In this document: positions 10,543 through 20,277 of the stretch, piece after piece
Layout of the letters: every line of letters starts with the position of its first letter
Numbering within the stretch: position 1 is the first letter of the stretch
Origin: an uncultured delta proteobacterium
GTDB lineage: Bacteria; Myxococcota_A; Polyangia; Fen-1088
DNA: 64,000 nt
Reading direction: 5' to 3'
NCBI GenBank assembly: GCA_963767925.1
Contig: CAVYGB010000008.1
Location: forward strand, 1,088,001-1,152,000
Made by a program: the position numbers and the translations under genes
The notes under the pieces: model-generated
Seen by the model: the letters and a program-made list of their open reading frames with translations, nothing else
The model's database searches: none
What the model was told of the DNA's origin: nothing

Positions 10543-12189
10543 ATGTTGGAGCAGTTACGTCGCTCCTCTCGCTCGCTCATCATCTACGTCCTGTTCGGCA
10601 TCGTGATTGCCGTCTTCATCGTCAACTTCGGCCCGCAGTCGCAGGGCGGATGCGAGTCATCCGCCGTCACCCAGGCGACCTACGCGGCCAAGGTGAACGG
10701 CGCCACGGTCTCGACCCGCGACTTCCGCTATGCCTTCATCCTGGCCGGAGGGCCCCAGTACCAGCCGGATCGGGCCCGTGAGCTCCGCCTGCGGGAGCGG
10801 GTCCTCGACGAGCTGCTCGAGCGCGAGCTCCTCGTGGCGGAGGCCCAACGCCTGGGCTTCGCCGTGAGCAACGAGGAGGTCGAGGACCTCATCGCCCAGT
10901 CCAAGCTGGTCGGCCTCGGCGGCTTCGAGCAGACGGCGACAGCCATGCAGAAGGATGGGCACTTCGACTACGAGAGCTTCGTCCGCTTCGTGCAGTTCCA
11001 GCTCGGCATGTCGCCGAAGGCGTTCATCGACGAGCAGAAGCGGGAGCTGCTGGCGGCCCGGGTCCGCCACCTGCTGCGCAACGGCGTCAACGTCTCGGAG
11101 CACGAGGTGCAGGGGGAGTTCGATCGGCAGTCCAACCAGGTCAACCTGGAGTACGTGCGCTTCTCCTGGCGGCGCCACGAGGAGTCCATCGAGCTGACGC
11201 AGGCCGAGATCCAGGCCTACGCCAAGGACAACGAGAAGAAGCTCAAGGACCTCTACGACCAGCGCAAGTTCCTCTACGAGAACGCCCCCAAGGAGCGCCG
11301 CCTGCGTCAACTCTTCGTCAAGCTGGACAGCGGCGCGTCCCCCGAGGCCACCACCGCGGCCGAGAAGAAGGCTCAGGCGCTGCTCGAGCGGGTCAAGAAG
11401 GGCGAGGCCTTCGCCGCCGTGGCCCGGGCCGCCTCCGAGGACACCCGCAGCCGGCTGCGCGGCGGGGACGTCGGCTGGCGCCGCCAGGGCGCCACCCCCT
11501 ACGGCGCCGCCCTCGAGGAGAAGGTGTGGGCCGCCAAGGACGGGGAGGTCGTCGGACCCATGAAGGGCAACGACGGCTTCTACGTCCTCCTGGCCGAGGC
11601 GACCCGGGAGGGCAACATCGGCTTCGATCAGGTCCGGCTGGATCTGGCGGAGAACGAGCTGCGGCAGGAGCGGGCCAAGGTGAAGGCCCGGGTCGACGCC
11701 GAAGCCGGGCTTGCCAAGGCCCGGGCGGCCAAGGACAAGACCCTCAAGGACCTCTATCCGTCCCCTGAGGGCGCCGGCGCCCACGGGTCGGACGCCACTC
11801 CCCGGGCCGAGGAGACGGGGCTGTTCGCCCGCCGGGGCACGGTGGTCGAGGGGATCGGGATGGCTCCCGAGCTGGCCAAGGCCGCCTTCGATCTCAAGCC
11901 GGCGGATCCGCTCGCCGGACCCTACGAGGTGACGGGCAGCTACGTGATCGTCCGCCTCAAGGAGAAGAAGGAGCCGGACGCGGCCGAATACGACAAGAAG
12001 AAGGCGGAGCTGCTCTTCCAGGCCTCGATGGTCCGGGGTGAGGAGATCCTGGGCGAGTGGACCCAGCGCCGCTGCGTGGAGGCCAAGGAGGCCAAGCGGA
12101 TCCGCGTCAACACCGACATCCTCCGCTACGACAACACACCGAACGAGCGCATCGCCTACGAACCCTGCTCGCCCCCGTTCCGCTTCTGA
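10543..12189 (+). CDS. PpiD-like membrane-anchored chaperone / parvulin PPIase (SurA N-terminal domain)
   Basis: MLEQLRR..TM anchor, AAKVNG, SurA_N-like helices, rotamase motif FAAVARAASED..SRLRGGDVGW. GGAGG RBS. Confidence 0.85.
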   Translation: MLEQLRRSSRSLIIYVLFGIVIAVFIVNFGPQSQGGCESSAVTQATYAAKVNGATVSTRDFRYAFILAGGPQYQPDRARELRLRERVLDELLERELLVAEAQRLGFAVSNEEVEDLIAQSKLVGLGGFEQTATAMQKDGHFDYESFVRFVQFQLGMSPKAFIDEQKRELLAARVRHLLRNGVNVSEHEVQGEFDRQSNQVNLEYVRFSWRRHEESIELTQAEIQAYAKDNEKKLKDLYDQRKFLYENAPKERRLRQLFVKLDSGASPEATTAAEKKAQALLERVKKGEAFAAVARAASEDTRSRLRGGDVGWRRQGATPYGAALEEKVWAAKDGEVVGPMKGNDGFYVLLAEATREGNIGFDQVRLDLAENELRQERAKVKARVDAEAGLAKARAAKDKTLKDLYPSPEGAGAHGSDATPRAEETGLFARRGTVVEGIGMAPELAKAAFDLKPADPLAGPYEVTGSYVIVRLKEKKEPDAAEYDKKKAELLFQASMVRGEEILGEWTQRRCVEAKEAKRIRVNTDILRYDNTPNERIAYEPCSPPFRF

Positions 12190-12192
12190 CCC

Positions 12193-12885
12193 ATGGACGG
12201 CGCCGGGCAGAGCGGCCAGCAAGGGGCCTCCACTCCGGGAGGCCAGCCGCCTCTGCCCTCGCCCCGTCCGGGCTGGGTGGTGGTCCTGGGAGGACTGATG
12301 ATGCTGTTCGCCTTTCACCTCTTCCTGGGGGGGCTGTCCGCCTTCTCGGGAACCGAGGGCGGACCGGTGGACGGCTCGGCCACGGCACCCGGGGCCGAGG
12401 CGGCCCAGGTCGCGCTCCGGCGGGCGCTCATGCAGGCCTTCGCCCAGGTGGACGCGACGATGATGCGGTCCCATGCGGTGGCCCAGATCGTCCTCGCCAT
12501 CGTCATGTTGTTCGCGGTGTCGGCCATCGCCACCAACGATCGCCGCGGCCGGCCGGCGGCCCTGGCCGCAGCCTGGGTGGGCATCGTCTACCACCTGGGC
12601 AGCGCCCTCTTCTTCGTCTTCGTCGTGCGGGCGGGGCTCCTCGCCAGCGCCCCGACCTGGATCGATCAGGTCGTCGCCCTCACCGGTGGGGCTGACGCCG
12701 GCCGATCGCGCCAGGAGCTGCTAAGCTCGACGAGCACCTTGCTGTTGCTCGTACCCTTGACCGTGTCCGCTCTGGGAGTCGGCTTCAGCCTGATCGTCAT
12801 GCGCTTCTTCGGCGGTCCCCGGGGGCGGGCCTTTTATGGGGTGGTGGCGCTGGACGGACCGAGCCAGCCGCAGCCGAGGGGCTGA
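12193..12885 (+). CDS. Hypothetical membrane protein (about 4 TM segments)
   Basis: 230-aa ORF with four hydrophobic stretches, 3 nt from both neighbours. Confidence 0.7.
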   Translation: MDGAGQSGQQGASTPGGQPPLPSPRPGWVVVLGGLMMLFAFHLFLGGLSAFSGTEGGPVDGSATAPGAEAAQVALRRALMQAFAQVDATMMRSHAVAQIVLAIVMLFAVSAIATNDRRGRPAALAAAWVGIVYHLGSALFFVFVVRAGLLASAPTWIDQVVALTGGADAGRSRQELLSSTSTLLLLVPLTVSALGVGFSLIVMRFFGGPRGRAFYGVVALDGPSQPQPRG

Positions 12886-12888
12886 GGC

Positions 12889-15800
12889 GTGCCCCAGCCC
12901 TCGCTGCGCTTCACGCTCAGCTTCGTCGAAGGCAACGGAGTCCTGCAGCTCGAGGACCGCCCGCTGGCGGTGGGTGGCCTGGCCGAGCGCCTGGCCCTCG
13001 ACATCCCCGGTCTGAAGTTCCCCTTCGACCTCTCGGGGGGCCTGGCCCGCTTCCAGAACCGCCACAGCCGCCTGCGCGAGCTGGTTCTCTCCTTCACCGG
13101 CGCCGAGATCGCCCGCATCGTCGCCGGGGCGCCCCTGGCCGACTTCGGCATCCACGATCCGATCCTCGAGCTGTCGGCGGGCGGTGTGCGGCTGGGCGGG
13201 CAGGCCCGGGTGGGCGGGTGCGCGGCCGACTTCACCGCCCGGGCGACCTTGCGCCCGCTGCCCCTGGCCCGCCTGGCGGTCTGCTTCGACGACCTCCGGC
13301 TGTATGGCTTCTTGCCCGTCCCGGCCCCCCTGCTCGCCCGGGCGGTGTTCTCTGCGCTGGTAGCGCGAGGGACGGCGAGCTGGGCGACGGGGGCCTTCCA
13401 GGCGGCGAGCGCGACCCGCCTCGAGCTGGCGGCCCTCGAGCTGTCGCTGTTCCCGCTGCTGCCGGCCAACGGCTGGCGCCTGCCCGAACAGCGCCAGGTG
13501 CGGCTGCAGTCGGTCGAGGTCGGACCCGGCGGGGTGCACCTCCACTTCCTGCGCACGCCAGCCGGGGCGCCGGTCGAGCCGGAGAGCCCGGGCGTCGTGT
13601 CCGACTTCGCCGAGGCCGAGGCGGCGATCCTGAGCGGGGATCTCTCGTTCGCCCGGGCCGCCTATCAGCAGGCGCACGCCCGGGCGCCCGCAGACGAGCT
13701 GCCCCGTCAGCGGCTGCTGCAGCTCCTGGCCGCGTCGGCCGACCTGTCGCCCGAGCTCGAGCGAGCCGCGGAGGAGATGGCCGCGACGACGCCGGATCAT
13801 CCGGCTGTCCTGCTAGCCCAGGCGCAGGTCGCCAGCCAGCGGGGCCAGCCGGCCCAGGCCGCCCGGGTCTACCTGCGCGCCGCCGAGCTGGCCGAGGCGG
13901 CGGGCGAGACCCTCGACGCCGCCTGTGCCCGGGGTGCCGCTGCCGAGCAGCAGCAGCGGGCCGGACAGGGCCCGGCCTCCACCTCGGAGCTCGAACGGGC
14001 CCACGCGCTCCGCCCGGACCATCGCGGGATCCTGGGGGCCTTGCGGCGGCGGTTCCAGGTCGAGGCGCGCTGGGACGACCTGCTACGGATCCTCTGGCAG
14101 CAGGCGGCAGCCGCGACAGATCCGATCGAGCGGGCCGCCCTGCTCTCGGCCAGCGGGCTGGTCCTGCTCGACCCGCTGGGGAAGGCCGACCTGGCGCGGG
14201 AGCGGTTCGACCAGGCCAGGCACCTCCACGGCGAGGACGCCGGAGCCTGGGAGGGGGTCGGCCGGCTCGAGGCGGGGCAGGGGAATCGACAGGCTGCCCT
14301 GGCCTCTCTGGACCAGGCCGCGCGGCGGTACGCCCGCGCGGAGGACCGGGCCGGGCAGGCCCGGGTGGAGGTGGCGCTCGGTCGCTTGCAGGAAGCGGCC
14401 GGGGCCCGGGACGAGGCGCTGGTCCGTTTCCGGCGGGCGGCCGAGATCGACGGGGGGGCGCCCGAGGCGATCCTGGCGGGGGCCGCCCTGCTGGACCAGC
14501 AGGGGCGTTTGCCCGAGGCCGTCGACCTGATTCGCGAGGCGCTCGCGCGTGCGACCGAGCCGCCGGACCGGGTGCGCCTGTATCGGCGGCTGGCTACTCT
14601 GGAGCAGGGGGGGCGCCGGGACCCGTTGGCGGCCGTGCGCTGGCTCGAGGAGGCCCTGCGCGAAGCGCCGGCCGACGTGGGGGCGCTGGAAGATCTGGCC
14701 CGTATCCTCGACCGCGAGGGGGAGCCCGGGCGGCTGGAGCCCTTCTTGCGACGGGCGGCGGCCGCCGCCAGACCCGGCCCCCAGCGGCAGCAGGTCGGTC
14801 GCCTGTGCGAGGAGCGCGGCCGGGCGAGCGGATCGAGCAGCCTTCGGACGGAGGGCCTGGCGCTCCTGGCCGCCGAAGGGGGGCGGGCGGGGGCCGAGCA
14901 GGCGCTGGCGCTGGCCGACCTCGGCGACAGCCTCGAGAGCGGGACGGTGCTCCGGCGGGCCGCCGACGCCATCGAGACGCTGCTGGCGGCGGAGGGGACG
15001 ACGGGGGCGGATCCTTTGCCACTGGCCCGGCTGGCGAACCGGCTGGCCAGCCTGCGCCTCCGGGAAGGCGACCGGACGGCCTCGGAGAAGCTGTCGCACC
15101 GGGCGCTCGACAGCTATCCCGACCCGGACGCCGCCGGGCAGGCCTGGCAGACCATCGTCCGCTGCGCGCTCGAGCGCGGGGACGTAACCGCCACCCGGGC
15201 TGGGCTGGCGGGATGGGCCGAGGACGGCCGGGTGGCCGATGCGCCCACCGCCCGGGCCGGCCGGCTGGCCGAGGCGGGCGCCCTCGAACGCGAGCGCCTG
15301 GGCTCGGCTGCCCTGGCCGCCTCCCTGTTCGAACGCGCGCTGGCCCTCGATCCCGAGAACCGGGCCGCCCTGCAGGGCCTGGCCGCCGCCCTCGAGGAGC
15401 GGCAGCAGTGGCCCCGCCTCGAGGAGCTGCTGCAGCAGATCCTGGCCCACGAGACCGATCCGGAGGTGGTGCGCGACCTGCGGCATCGCCTGGCCGAGAC
15501 GCTGGTGCGGCAAAGCGGGCGGGGCCAGGAGGCCACCCGCATCTACGAGTCGCTGCAGGCGCAAGACGCCGACGACCTGCGGGCTAGCCTGGGGCTGGGC
15601 CGGGCCCTCTGGCAGAGCGGGCGCCTCGAGCAGAGTGTCAAGCAGTTCGGCAAGGTGCTGGTAGCCGAAGACCGCAGTGCGTGGGCCGCCGAGGCGCACC
15701 TGCGGCTGGCCCAGGCCGCCCGGCTGTTCGGGGAGGTCGAGAAGGCCGAGCGCCACCTGCAGCAGGCCACCCGAGCCGAGCCCGAGCAGGGCGCCCCCGC

Positions 15801-17580
15801 CGAGGTCCTCGTCGAGGTGCTCGAGTCGTTCGGACAGACCGACGAGCTCGTGGATCTGCTGCAGCGCCGGCGGGCCGGCGCCACCAACCCGCGCCTGGCC
15901 CAGGAGCTCGCGCGCGCGCTGGGCGGCGTGCTCGAGCGGGTCGGCCGGGCCGACGATGCGGTCGCCGTCTACCGCAGCCTCCTCGCGGCCTCGCCCGACG
16001 ACGTCGAGTCGCTGCAGCGGCTGGCCGAGATCTTCCGGCGGGACGCGCGCCCCGAAGAGCTGCTGCCGCCGCTCGAGCACCTGCTGCAGCTCGCCAGCCA
16101 GCACGGCGAAACCGGCGACATCGACGTCGAGGCCATCGGGCTCGAGCTGATGGGGCTGCTCGAGGAGACCGGGGCCGAGAGCGACCGGGTCGAGGCGTTG
16201 CTCCGGCAGGTGCTGGCGGTCCGCCCGGACTCGACCCATGTCCTGCAGGCCCTCCTGCAGCGGCTCGAGCGGCAGCCTGGCCGCCTGCCCGAGGCGTTTG
16301 CCACCCTCGCGCTCCTGCACCGCCAGAACCTGAAGACCGCCCGCGGGCTCGCGCTCGATCAGCCGCTGGTGGCCATGGCGGCGAGCCCGGGGCTGGACCA
16401 GGGGCTGGCCCGGTCGGTGCTGGAAGAGGCGGCGGTCGCCCAGGGTGGGGGAGGTGAGCTCGTGGATGCCCTCGTCGGGCTCTACCGGCGCATGCCGGGC
16501 GAGGCCGACCGGGTCGACAAGCTTCGGGGGCTGCTGCAGCGGATGCCGGGCCTGGCCGGACCCTCCCGGGTGCGGATCCACCTCGCCCTGGCCGCCGGGG
16601 CCGAGGGCCGGAGCGACTGGGCGACCGCCGCCGCCGAGCTGGGTCAGGCCCTCGCCTTCGAGGGCCTGACGGCCCGGCGGGCCAATCACCTCGCCGCCCG
16701 GGCCCGCATCGGCCTGATGATCGGCGACCTCCCGGCCGGCCGGAGCGACCTGCAGGCGGCGCTGGACGCCGCGCCGGATCATCCGGACGCGCTCTTGCAG
16801 CTCGCCGACCTCTGTGAGACCGACGAGGACTGGCGAGCCGCGCTCGGCTTGCTGGACCGGCTGGCCGCGGCGGCCGGCGGGGAGGCCCTGGTCTCCCGCG
16901 AGCGCCTGGCCTTCCGGCGGGCCATGGCCGCCCTGCGGGCCGACGATCCGGGCCGGGCGGCCGCCGGGTTCGAGGAGGTGCTGGCCATCGACCCCGACCA
17001 CGTCCACGCGCGCGAGATGCTGGTCGAGGTCCACCAGCGCGCTGGCAACCTGGAAGGCGCCCGGGGGGAGCTCGAGCGGCTCACCGCCGCCCACCCCGAG
17101 CGGACCGCCTCCTGGACCGCGCTGGGAGAGCTTTACGAGCGATCGGGCCTTCACCGCGAGGCGGCCGACGCGCTCGGGGGCCTGGCCCGGAGCCTGGCCG
17201 AGCCGCGGCCCCGGGCGGAGACGCTGCTGCGGCGGGGAGACCTGCTGCGCGACCGACTGGCCGACGTGGGTGCCGCCCAGGACGCCTACCTGCTGGCTCA
17301 CGACGCGGATCCGAGCTTTCTCCAGCCCGCGGTCCGGCTCATCGAGAGCCGCTGGCGGGCGGGGCACCTCGGCGCCGAGGCGCTGGCCGATCGGGTGATC
17401 GAGCTCGCGCGCCAGGCTGGCGATCCGGGGGCCCTGGCCCAGGCCCTCGCCCTGCTGGCCGAGGCGGACGACGGCGCGTTGCTGCGCGCGCTGCGGCCCG
17501 TGCTGGGGCGGCGGGCCACCGATGGTTCCCGGGACGAAGCAGCGGACGCCGTTCGCCAGTGGCTCTCCACGCGTTCGTGA
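12889..17580 (+). CDS. Giant TPR-repeat protein (1563 aa) with a distinct N-terminal beta-rich domain
   Basis: Many TPR-like units (ALALDPENRAALQGLA, LLAASPDDVESLQRLA, VLAIDPDHVHAREML); GAGG RBS before GTG; no signal peptide. Confidence 0.85.
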   Translation: MPQPSLRFTLSFVEGNGVLQLEDRPLAVGGLAERLALDIPGLKFPFDLSGGLARFQNRHSRLRELVLSFTGAEIARIVAGAPLADFGIHDPILELSAGGVRLGGQARVGGCAADFTARATLRPLPLARLAVCFDDLRLYGFLPVPAPLLARAVFSALVARGTASWATGAFQAASATRLELAALELSLFPLLPANGWRLPEQRQVRLQSVEVGPGGVHLHFLRTPAGAPVEPESPGVVSDFAEAEAAILSGDLSFARAAYQQAHARAPADELPRQRLLQLLAASADLSPELERAAEEMAATTPDHPAVLLAQAQVASQRGQPAQAARVYLRAAELAEAAGETLDAACARGAAAEQQQRAGQGPASTSELERAHALRPDHRGILGALRRRFQVEARWDDLLRILWQQAAAATDPIERAALLSASGLVLLDPLGKADLARERFDQARHLHGEDAGAWEGVGRLEAGQGNRQAALASLDQAARRYARAEDRAGQARVEVALGRLQEAAGARDEALVRFRRAAEIDGGAPEAILAGAALLDQQGRLPEAVDLIREALARATEPPDRVRLYRRLATLEQGGRRDPLAAVRWLEEALREAPADVGALEDLARILDREGEPGRLEPFLRRAAAAARPGPQRQQVGRLCEERGRASGSSSLRTEGLALLAAEGGRAGAEQALALADLGDSLESGTVLRRAADAIETLLAAEGTTGADPLPLARLANRLASLRLREGDRTASEKLSHRALDSYPDPDAAGQAWQTIVRCALERGDVTATRAGLAGWAEDGRVADAPTARAGRLAEAGALERERLGSAALAASLFERALALDPENRAALQGLAAALEERQQWPRLEELLQQILAHETDPEVVRDLRHRLAETLVRQSGRGQEATRIYESLQAQDADDLRASLGLGRALWQSGRLEQSVKQFGKVLVAEDRSAWAAEAHLRLAQAARLFGEVEKAERHLQQATRAEPEQGAPAEVLVEVLESFGQTDELVDLLQRRRAGATNPRLAQELARALGGVLERVGRADDAVAVYRSLLAASPDDVESLQRLAEIFRRDARPEELLPPLEHLLQLASQHGETGDIDVEAIGLELMGLLEETGAESDRVEALLRQVLAVRPDSTHVLQALLQRLERQPGRLPEAFATLALLHRQNLKTARGLALDQPLVAMAASPGLDQGLARSVLEEAAVAQGGGGELVDALVGLYRRMPGEADRVDKLRGLLQRMPGLAGPSRVRIHLALAAGAEGRSDWATAAAELGQALAFEGLTARRANHLAARARIGLMIGDLPAGRSDLQAALDAAPDHPDALLQLADLCETDEDWRAALGLLDRLAAAAGGEALVSRERLAFRRAMAALRADDPGRAAAGFEEVLAIDPDHVHAREMLVEVHQRAGNLEGARGELERLTAAHPERTASWTALGELYERSGLHREAADALGGLARSLAEPRPRAETLLRRGDLLRDRLADVGAAQDAYLLAHDADPSFLQPAVRLIESRWRAGHLGAEALADRVIELARQAGDPGALAQALALLAEADDGALLRALRPVLGRRATDGSRDEAADAVRQWLSTRS

Positions 17581-18611
17581 CCGCGCTGGGGGTCGAGCCG
17601 GCCCTCGCGAGCGAGCTGGGGCGGTCGGTCGCCCCCGGCCCCCGCTGGCCGGCGGTCTTCACCGCCGGGGCGCCGCTCGTCGGGCAGGACCCGGTCTTCG
17701 CTCTGCAGCAGCTACCCGCGGCTTCCCACGTCCAGGCCGATTCGGTGCAGGCGCTGGCCGAGGCGGCCTTCGGCTGCGTGGCCGGCCGCCTGGAGGCGGA
17801 GGCGAGGCCCTTCACGCTGCACGCCTACGTGCCCGAGCCGCGGGCCTACCGGACGCTGGCCGGGCGGGCCGCCCTGCTGGGCAAGGCCTTCCTGGAGCTC
17901 CTGCGCGATCGCCGCAGGCGCCTCCTGCGCAGCTACCTGCCCTGGGCCGAGGTCCCGGCGTTCGAGGGGGTCGACCTGGTCCAGCTCGCGCTCGTCGGGC
18001 GCGGCTCGCTGCTCGTATCGGTGGCCCGACCGACCCGGCTGCGGGGCGGAGGACTCGATCTGGCCCCCTGGCCCGGTGGGCGGGCGCCGGTCCCCGACGA
18101 TCGCCGGGCGCCGTCCCGGGCTTACCGCAAGCTGCGGGAGGCGTTCGCCTGGATGGGGGTGGCTCCCGGCGAAGGAGACGTCTGCGTCGACCTGGGAGGC
18201 GCCCCCGGCGGCTGGGCCTGGACCGCCCTCCAGAACGGGGCCCGGGTGGTGGCCGTCGACCGGGCGGCGCTGCAGGCCCCGGCGGCGGGGCACCCCGGAC
18301 TCACCGCCCAGACCGGGGATGCCTTCTCGTACCGGCCGCCCGGTCCCGTCGATTGGTTGATGTGCGACGTGATCTGCCGGCCCGAACGGACGGCGGACCT
18401 GTGCGAGACCTGGATGACTTCGGGCTGGTGCCGGCGGCTCGTCGCCACCCTCAAGCTCAAGGGGCGGGACGACGACCAGCAGCTCCTGGCCATTCGCAAG
18501 CGTCTGGCCCGGGCTGGCTGGCCCTATCTCCGCTTCAAGCACCTCGCCAACCACAACAACGAGGTCGCCATCCTCGCCCGACGCGACGAGGAGGCGACCG
18601 CCCAGATCTAG
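17559..18611 (+). CDS. rlmM: RlmM-like (FtsJ family) SAM-dependent rRNA 2'-O-methyltransferase
   Basis: APSRAYRKLREA, VDLGGAPGGW, VVAVD, GDAFSYRP, WLMCDVI, TLKL, HL..NNNE. Confidence 0.75.
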   Translation: MALHAFVTALGVEPALASELGRSVAPGPRWPAVFTAGAPLVGQDPVFALQQLPAASHVQADSVQALAEAAFGCVAGRLEAEARPFTLHAYVPEPRAYRTLAGRAALLGKAFLELLRDRRRRLLRSYLPWAEVPAFEGVDLVQLALVGRGSLLVSVARPTRLRGGGLDLAPWPGGRAPVPDDRRAPSRAYRKLREAFAWMGVAPGEGDVCVDLGGAPGGWAWTALQNGARVVAVDRAALQAPAAGHPGLTAQTGDAFSYRPPGPVDWLMCDVICRPERTADLCETWMTSGWCRRLVATLKLKGRDDDQQLLAIRKRLARAGWPYLRFKHLANHNNEVAILARRDEEATAQI

Positions 18612-18656
18612 CCCGGTGGGCTGGCCGACCGCTGGTCGACCCCTGGGCCCGTCCGC

Positions 18657-19721
18657 TCAGGCGATCGTGACCGACCGGTCCAGGTACACGTCCTGGATCG
18701 CCTGGAGGAGCTGGGCGCCGTCCTTGAGGGTCTTCTGGAAGGCCTTCCGACCGGAGATCAGCCCCATGCCCCCGGCGCGCTTGTTGATCACCGCGGTCTT
18801 GACCGCCTCGGCCAGATCGCCAGCGCCCTTGGACTCGCCGCCGCTGTTGATGAGGCCGGCCCGGCCCATGTAGCAGTTGAGGATCTGGTAGCGGGTGAGA
18901 TCGATCGGGTGGTCGCTGGCCAGCTCGTTGTAGATCCGGTCGTCGGTCTTCCCGTAGGGGTTCTCCTTCGAGGAGAGCGCCTTGTAGCCCCCGTTGTTGG
19001 TGGGGAGCTTCTGCTTGATGATGTCCGCCTCGATGGTGACGCCGAGGTGGTTGGCCTGCCCCGTGAGGTCGGCCGAGGTGTGGTAGTCCTTGTCCTTCTT
19101 GAAGGCCGGGTTGCGGGTGTAACACCAGAGGATGGTGGCCAGCCCGAGCTGGTGGGCGGCGTGGAAGGCCTGGCTCACCTCGACGATCTGCCGGGTCGAC
19201 TCCGGGGAGCCGAAGTAGATGGTCGCGCCCACCGCCACCGCGCCCATGTCGGCCGCCTGCTTGACCTGCCCGAACATGATCTGGTCGAACTTGTTGGGGT
19301 AAGTGAGAAACTCGTTGTGGTTCACCTTCACCACGAAGGGGATCTTGTGGGCGTATTTGCGGGCGACCGCGCCCAGCACGCCGAGGGTCGAGGCGACCGC
19401 GTTGCAGCCACCCTCGATGGCCAGCTTCACGATGTTCTCCGGATCGAAGTAGTCGGGGTTGGGGGCGAACGACGCGCCGGCCGAGTGCTCGATGCCCTGG
19501 TCGACGGGGAGGATGGAGACGTACCCCGTCCCGGACAGGCGGCCCTGGGAAAAGAGCTGCTGCAAGCTGCGCAACACCGGCGTCGGGCGGTCGCTCACCG
19601 AGAACACGCGATCGACGAAGTCCGGCCCGGGGAGGTGGAGGCGTTCGGCCGAGACCTTGGCCTTGTAGCCGAGCAGGGTTTCGCCATCGGCACCAAGAAG
19701 CTGCTTCACATCGATACTCAT
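18657..19721 (-). CDS. fbaB: Class I fructose-bisphosphate aldolase (DhnA type)
   Basis: [67 protein letters not shown]. Confidence 0.95.
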   Translation of the reverse strand: MSIDVKQLLGADGETLLGYKAKVSAERLHLPGPDFVDRVFSVSDRPTPVLRSLQQLFSQGRLSGTGYVSILPVDQGIEHSAGASFAPNPDYFDPENIVKLAIEGGCNAVASTLGVLGAVARKYAHKIPFVVKVNHNEFLTYPNKFDQIMFGQVKQAADMGAVAVGATIYFGSPESTRQIVEVSQAFHAAHQLGLATILWCYTRNPAFKKDKDYHTSADLTGQANHLGVTIEADIIKQKLPTNNGGYKALSSKENPYGKTDDRIYNELASDHPIDLTRYQILNCYMGRAGLINSGGESKGAGDLAEAVKTAVINKRAGGMGLISGRKAFQKTLKDGAQLLQAIQDVYLDRSVTIA

Positions 19722-19757
19722 GGTCTCGTTTCTCCTTTATCCCGCGGGAAACGCTCT

Positions 19758-19786
19758 TCATTACGCGGGTGGGGCGGCGCAGTCAA
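19758..19786 (-). promoter_or_regulatory. Candidate sigma-70 promoter of fbaB
   Basis: Minus strand TTGACT - 17 bp - TAATGA. Confidence 0.45.
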
Positions 19787-19853
19787 TCGACCCACCATCG
19801 GTGTTTCATCCTGAAAACTTGACGCGGTCCCCTGCAAGCCGTCAGACTTAGGG

Positions 19854-20273
19854 ATGACCCGCGTCAGGAGCTGGATGGTGGTTGGGCTGGTGGGCGCGAC
19901 GGCCGGGATCGCCTGTCAGAAGCCCACGGTCTGTCCGGTGGGCTGGGACGAGAGCGCGGTCGGGGACCAGGCGCTGTGGTGCCGCAGCCCGGACGGGAAG
20001 GAAGCGACGTATTTCCAGCTCCACCCCGGCACCCGGCGCAAGCGGCAGAGCTGCCCCTTCGTCGGCGGGGTCCTGCAGGGCGAGTTCCAGGCCTGGCATC
20101 CCGATGGCCGGAGCTGGCTGACCGGCCGCTTCCAGGACGGCGCGCTGGCCGGCAAGTGGCAGCAGTGGAGCGAAACCGGGAGCAAGGTCGCCGACGGCGA
20201 ATACCGCGACGGCAAGCTCATCGTCGGCGCGCCCGTGGCGATCGCCGCCGCCTGCGACAGCATCAAACCCTGA
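19854..20273 (+). CDS. Small lipoprotein with MORN-variant (YwqK-like) repeats
   Basis: Lipobox GIAC; repeats G.LQGEFQAWHPDG / G.LAGKWQQWSETG / GEYRDGK. TTGACG-18-CAGACT immediately upstream. Confidence 0.7.
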   Translation: MTRVRSWMVVGLVGATAGIACQKPTVCPVGWDESAVGDQALWCRSPDGKEATYFQLHPGTRRKRQSCPFVGGVLQGEFQAWHPDGRSWLTGRFQDGALAGKWQQWSETGSKVADGEYRDGKLIVGAPVAIAAACDSIKP

Positions 20274-20277
20274 CCGG

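Noticed and set aside
14083..17367. 1094-aa minus-strand ORF, and other long alternative-frame ORFs such as 13218-15587, 23461-25809, 29895-32462, 41025-44927 and 47013-50984
   Set aside because: Shadow ORFs overlapping well-supported genes; expected in high-GC DNA and lacking recognisable motifs.
19854..20273. Toxin-antitoxin pair (YwqK-like repeats)
   Set aside because: No adjacent toxin gene; MORN-variant lipoproteins are common in myxobacteria.
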